A stretch of 62,953 nucleotides of DNA. Origin: an uncultured Gammaproteobacteria bacterium. Its GTDB lineage: Bacteria; Patescibacteriota; Patescibacteriia; UBA9934. The position numbers and the translations under genes are program-made. Positions 58,640-62,953 of this stretch are shown here, in pieces. Position 1 is the first letter of the stretch; the number at the start of each line of letters is the position of its first letter. The stretch lies in NCBI GenBank assembly GCA_964462325.1, contig CAYWYQ010000001.1, positions 1 through 62,953 of the forward strand. The letters are read 5' to 3'. Below the pieces are notes generated by a model. That model saw only the letters and a list, made by a program, of their open reading frames with translations, was not told the DNA's origin and ran no database searches.

Positions 58640-60067
58640 ATGAGCCGCATTTTAATGAAAAACACCGCCTATTTTACGGCAGCAAGCATCGCTCAAAAAG
58701 TGATTGCTTTTGTCTATTTTGCACTTATTGCAAAGTATTTAGGTGTTGAAAATACCGGATCATATTTTCTTGCAACATCTATGATCATGATGCTCAGTGT
58801 TTTAGAAGACATTGGCCTCAATTCGGTGATTATTCGTGAAATAGCTAAAATGAAGGATTCAGCTTCTGATTGGCTCTCGGCAGTTATGGGCTGGAAATTG
58901 ATTACTATTCCACTTACATTGGTACTGGTTTATTTTTTGCCTATCTGGCTTGGATATAATGAAGAAGTTACATCACTCATCCGACTCGGATCAATTATTT
59001 TAGTAGCGGACACGCTTTCATTGTCGTTTTATGGGGTATTGCGCGGCATGCGACGACTTCGATTTGAATCAATCGGTATTTTTATCGCACAACTCACGAT
59101 CGCCCTCGTCGGTTCCTACTTCATTATTACAGGGAAAGCTTCGGTGCAAATATTGATTCTTGCACTGGCTGCGGGATCGATTGTGAATATGCTTTATTCA
59201 GGAAGTATTGTCTTTCAAAAATTAGGAATTGCATCCATTATTCCGCGTTGGGACATGGGATTAAAACCGGTACGCATGGCATCAGCCTTTTTTCTCGCGG
59301 CAATTTTCACAAAGGTCTATTCCTATATCGATACAATTGTTATCTCGAAAGTACTTGGGGAAACATCAGTTGGGATTTATGCGATTGCCTATAAATTAAC
59401 TTATTCATTTCAATTCCTGCCGCTCGCATTTGTTGCAGCACTCTACCCAAGTATGAGTCATGCCGCACATAAACCAGAAATACTAAAGAAGCAATTACTT
59501 CATAGTTACTGGTACATGTTCCTGCTGGCGACCCCGATTGTTTTTGGGATTTGGGCCCTTGCGGAGCCAATTGTTATTACCTTTTCATCAGAGGAATTTC
59601 TAGATGCGGTACCAGTGTTAAGAACAATGATTTTTGTTCTCTATTTCATTTTCCTAGATTTCCCAATTGGTTCTTTATTGAATGCAACAAATCGTCAGGC
59701 AATCAAAACGACTATTATGGGTATTTCAATGGCAGTAAATATTGTTTTGAATCTTATACTGATCCCACTGATAGGTATTATGGGAGCGGCCATTGCTGCG
59801 CTTGTCAGTTTGGGTATGTTGTTTATTCTTGATTGGATCTTCTCACAAAGCACAATAAGAATAGGTATAGATGAGTTGATACGAGAAGTGTGGGGAATTC
59901 TTCTTGCTGGTGGAGTGATGGCTGGGCTCGTGTCAGCTCTGAGTACATTTGTACACTTTATTATCTTAATTCCTGTTGGGGCTCTAATATTCATTGGTAT
60001 TCTTATTATCACGAAGTCTGTTGATATTCGCAAGATGAAGGATTTATTGACCGGAAAGGTGGTATGA
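58640..60067 (+). CDS. MOP-superfamily oligosaccharide flippase (Wzx-like)
   Basis: About 12-14 TM helices and an N-terminal ...YFTAASIAQKVIAFVYFALIAKYLG typical of polysaccharide-biosynthesis flippases. First ATG at 58640. Confidence 0.7.
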   Translation: MSRILMKNTAYFTAASIAQKVIAFVYFALIAKYLGVENTGSYFLATSMIMMLSVLEDIGLNSVIIREIAKMKDSASDWLSAVMGWKLITIPLTLVLVYFLPIWLGYNEEVTSLIRLGSIILVADTLSLSFYGVLRGMRRLRFESIGIFIAQLTIALVGSYFIITGKASVQILILALAAGSIVNMLYSGSIVFQKLGIASIIPRWDMGLKPVRMASAFFLAAIFTKVYSYIDTIVISKVLGETSVGIYAIAYKLTYSFQFLPLAFVAALYPSMSHAAHKPEILKKQLLHSYWYMFLLATPIVFGIWALAEPIVITFSSEEFLDAVPVLRTMIFVLYFIFLDFPIGSLLNATNRQAIKTTIMGISMAVNIVLNLILIPLIGIMGAAIAALVSLGMLFILDWIFSQSTIRIGIDELIREVWGILLAGGVMAGLVSALSTFVHFIILIPVGALIFIGILIITKSVDIRKMKDLLTGKVV

Positions 60068-61059
60068 AGAGAATATTGATTCCGACAATTGACTATGCGC
60101 CTAGAATGGGTGGCGTAGCACGCTATTTGAAGACAATTGCTGATGCATTTCCTGATGATGTCGATATTTTGTTTTGGGATAAAAATCCTCCAAGGCGCCT
60201 TCAGCTATTATTGAAACTCTGGAATGCTGCGCGTGGCTATGATCAAATCTGGACGAGCCATATTTACCCGATTGGTTTTGCTCTCTATATTCTTTCCTAT
60301 TTTGGAATTTCCTATTCAGTTTTCCTGCATGGAATGGATTTTCAATTAGCAAAAAGAAACGTGGTACGTACATTCTTCACCAAACATATTTTAAAGAATG
60401 CTCATCATGTATTTACAAATACAAAATATTTAGCAGATGAAGTGAATAAGATCGCGGAAGTAGAGGTACAAGTGATTTATCCGACACTTCCTGAGGAGTT
60501 TGAGTCGATACATGCAAAGAGTGCTCAGAATGAGGATTGTCACTTGCTCACAGTAGGACGCCTCGTGAAGCGCAAGGGGCATGAACAAGTTATTCATGCA
60601 ATACTACGTAGGAAAAATATTACCTATTCTATCGTGGGAGACGGACCGGAAAAGAAGCATCTGCAAGCATTGATTCATGCCAACAGGATAGAAGATCGGG
60701 TAAGAATATATGATAATGCCTCTGATCAAGATCTCATCAATCATTATAATCACGCGGATATTTTCGTGATGCCAACTACACAAGAAAAAAATGATGTTGA
60801 GGGATTCGGGATTGTATATTTAGAAGCAGGTTGGTTTCGTCTTCCGGTTATCGCATCAGATATTCCTGGTGTTGATGAGGCGGTTCAGGATGGAAAGAGT
60901 GGCATGCTCGTGAAAAATGAGGATGAACTGAATGATGCAATTGAAACACTTTGTAATAATGCACCCCTACGGGAGGAAATGGGCAAATTTGGGCATGAGT
61001 ATATTAAAAGAAATTTTCTTGCTGGTACGCAGATGGTAAAATTGAGTAAGAACCTATGA
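60064..61059 (+). CDS. family 4 (GT-B) glycosyltransferase
   Basis: EGFGIVYLEAG..RLPVIASDIPGVDEAVQDGKSGMLV (E-x7-E region). Confidence 0.8.
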   Translation: MKRILIPTIDYAPRMGGVARYLKTIADAFPDDVDILFWDKNPPRRLQLLLKLWNAARGYDQIWTSHIYPIGFALYILSYFGISYSVFLHGMDFQLAKRNVVRTFFTKHILKNAHHVFTNTKYLADEVNKIAEVEVQVIYPTLPEEFESIHAKSAQNEDCHLLTVGRLVKRKGHEQVIHAILRRKNITYSIVGDGPEKKHLQALIHANRIEDRVRIYDNASDQDLINHYNHADIFVMPTTQEKNDVEGFGIVYLEAGWFRLPVIASDIPGVDEAVQDGKSGMLVKNEDELNDAIETLCNNAPLREEMGKFGHEYIKRNFLAGTQMVKLSKNL

Positions 61060-61904
61060 TTGACGTATCCATCATTGTTGTCACATATAAGGGGAGGCTT
61101 GATGTCATAAAAGCTTGTTTTGATAGTGTGTACTTATCAAAGGGAGTTAACTATGAACTTATTGTTGTTGATAATGGACAAAACCAAGCAGTGAAAGGGC
61201 TCATTAATGCATATGATGGTGCGACATTGATTGAAAATACAAGGAATAGGGGATTCGCCTATGCGGTCAATCAAGGTATGAAGAAATCCAAGGGTAGGTA
61301 TATTCTGCTTTTGAATCCAGATGTACAATTTGAAGCCGATGTTTTAGCAAAGATGATTACGCATTTGGATGCAGATCCTGAGGTTGGAATTGCAAGTAGT
61401 TTGATTAAATACAAAACGGGAGAAATTCAGCCTAGTATTCGACGATTTCCAACATTGATTGATCAGATACATATTTTATTAAAAATACCCCATTTTCGAA
61501 AAACGAAAGCGATAAGTAATTACATGATGGAGGATGCTGATCCTCACAATACGCAAGATGTAGATTCGATTATGGGAGCATTCATGTGGATGAGGCCTGA
61601 GGTGGTTCAGGATATTGGAGGATTTGATGAGCAATACTTTCTTTGGTTTGAAGAGGTTGATTATTGTCGCATGGCGTATGTAGCAGGCTACAAGATCAGA
61701 CATTATGCAGATGTGGAAATTATGCATCTGAAAGGTCATGATTTTGACGCCGTACCAACAACTCGCAAGCAACGATGGATGCGTTCAAGTCTACGCAAAT
61801 ATACAAAAAAGCATTTAGGGTTAAAATCATATATACTGCTATGGATATTAAATCCTCTTTTTATTATGGCTGGGTATATAGCTGCAATCATAAAACGACG
61901 TTAA
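61056..61904 (+). CDS. family 2 glycosyltransferase
   Basis: VSIIVVTYKG, VVDNGQ, NRGFAYAVNQG, LLLNPDV and WFEEVDYC. Confidence 0.8.
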   Translation: MIDVSIIVVTYKGRLDVIKACFDSVYLSKGVNYELIVVDNGQNQAVKGLINAYDGATLIENTRNRGFAYAVNQGMKKSKGRYILLLNPDVQFEADVLAKMITHLDADPEVGIASSLIKYKTGEIQPSIRRFPTLIDQIHILLKIPHFRKTKAISNYMMEDADPHNTQDVDSIMGAFMWMRPEVVQDIGGFDEQYFLWFEEVDYCRMAYVAGYKIRHYADVEIMHLKGHDFDAVPTTRKQRWMRSSLRKYTKKHLGLKSYILLWILNPLFIMAGYIAAIIKRR

Positions 61905-61905
61905 T

Positions 61906-62953
61906 ATGATTCTTCGTCAATTCTTTTCATCATTTACGTTCAAGGTACTCATAGCCATTATTGCTTTACATATTCTTGCATTTATTGCGGCGTATGTACC
62001 TATTCTCTCTGTTATTTTGTTAGGAGTGACTATAATACTTCTTGCGAGAATTACGTATTCAAACCTTTTCTTCGCAGTACTCATTGCTTTTCTGGAGGTA
62101 TTTATAGGTGGGCATGGTTCTTTGATTCAATATACCGTTTTTGATTTTTCGCTCTCATTACGAATGGCGATATTTATTGGCTTGATAACTGGATTTGTTG
62201 TTGCTTCTATTAAAAAAGGCTTTCATGTTTCGTTCAAATGGATGAGAGACACCCCATTTCTACTTTTGGCTATGGTGATCATCTCCGCTACAATCATCGG
62301 TTTATTGAATGGAAATGGTATCTCTGCCATTATCGATGACATGAATAGTTATGTTTGGTTCCTGTACTTACTACCGATTATCTGTATTGACTGGACACGG
62401 AAAAGGCAAATGCTTCTTTTGCAGACACTATTTGCGAGTATGATTTGGGTTGCTGCGTTTACGCTGATTCTTGCATATCTTTTTACACATTTAAATGGCG
62501 ATGCATTGCATGTGATTTATACATTTGTTCGTGATAGTCGTTTGGCAGAAGTAACATTGCAGGTAACGCATGCAGGCGGAGCCTTTCAAACGATGATATC
62601 GTCACTTATAGGAGAAGGAAATTACTGGTATAGAATCTTTATGCCGTCGCAATTATTCCTTTTACCTACATCTGCACTTTTATTATTATGTGCATGGCAG
62701 AAAGGCCTACATGAAAAAAATGATCTTTACGTGTTTCCTGTTCTCATTTTATTTCTCTCGGCTCTTATTCTAAGTCTATCAAGGAGTTTCTTGATTGGTG
62801 TATTTACAGCCTGTTGTATTCTACTCGTGCTTGGTTTTTTCCATATCAAGAAAGCAGCATTTAATAAGACCGTGTTTTTAATCGGTGGTACTATTCTAGC
62901 TGGAATAGTATCGATAGGTCTTGCATTACTTGTATCCATTGCACCTATCCCTG
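61906..62953 (+). CDS. O-antigen ligase/polymerase-like polytopic membrane protein (3'-partial, runs off the window)
   Basis: Hand translation from ATG 61906 shows no stop to the end of the window. Many TM helices and LSLSRSFLIG (Wzy_C-like). Absent from the ORF track because it is open-ended. Confidence 0.6.
   Translation, partial: MILRQFFSSFTFKVLIAIIALHILAFIAAYVPILSVILLGVTIILLARITYSNLFFAVLIAFLEVFIGGHGSLIQYTVFDFSLSLRMAIFIGLITGFVVASIKKGFHVSFKWMRDTPFLLLAMVIISATIIGLLNGNGISAIIDDMNSYVWFLYLLPIICIDWTRKRQMLLLQTLFASMIWVAAFTLILAYLFTHLNGDALHVIYTFVRDSRLAEVTLQVTHAGGAFQTMISSLIGEGNYWYRIFMPSQLFLLPTSALLLLCAWQKGLHEKNDLYVFPVLILFLSALILSLSRSFLIGVFTACCILLVLGFFHIKKAAFNKTVFLIGGTILAGIVSIGLALLVSIAPIP

Noticed and set aside
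1-62953. An autonomous mobile element (transposase, integrase, RAYT, reverse transcriptase) or a classical defence system (R-M pair, CRISPR-Cas, toxin-antitoxin pair) encoded in the window.
   Set aside because: None of the ORFs in any of the six frames shows the corresponding catalytic motifs. The repeats and the alaS and tRNA-Thr insertions therefore appear non-autonomous or decayed within this window.

Overview
This is a gene-dense bacterial chromosome segment of about 40% G+C (judged by eye). It uses the standard genetic code: TGA, TAA and TAG all end conserved genes. I call about 70 CDS, mostly on the + strand, often with overlapping stop/start codons.

Main gene content:
- Ribosomal block: infA-rpmJ-rpsM-rpsK-rpsD-rpoA-rplQ-rplM-rpsI, plus rpmG and rpmB elsewhere.
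- Cell envelope: class B PBP, murF, murJ, an LCP protein, rfbB plus a sugar nucleotidyltransferase, and a flippase/GT4/GT2/O-antigen-ligase cluster.
- Nucleotide metabolism: B12-dependent class II RNR (nrdJ) with tandem NrdR boxes, and a corrinoid adenosyltransferase.
- RNA and tRNA enzymes: dus, a TrmH-like and a RumA-like methyltransferase, a CCA-adding enzyme, alaS, era, rnhB, an SF1 helicase, and one tRNA-Thr(GGT).

Several housekeeping proteins are short (RpoA, AlaRS, L13). Together with the repertoire this suggests a reduced-genome lineage such as Patescibacteria/CPR; that is inference only.

The most unusual content is non-coding. Long spacers are packed with several co-occurring repeat families that I do not recognise as named families:
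- a ~125-nt long-hairpin MITE-like element, at least 14 copies;
- GAGGTT(C/G)AACCTC and AGGTC(C/G)GACCT palindromes;
- TAGC-phased arrays;
- GTCAT-type hairpins.

Other notable features:
- a 1.6-kb single-ORF insertion flanked by diverged copies of the alaS 3' end;
- tRNA-Thr 3'-end duplications next to a high-GC islet;
- an ATP-cone/PD-(D/E)xK nuclease fusion;
- two homopolymer frameshifts;
- an orphan promoter-terminator unit.

No CRISPR array, rRNA, integrase or transposase was found. I found no obvious multi-gene novel system. The repeat families and the alaS insertion are the best candidates for new biology.
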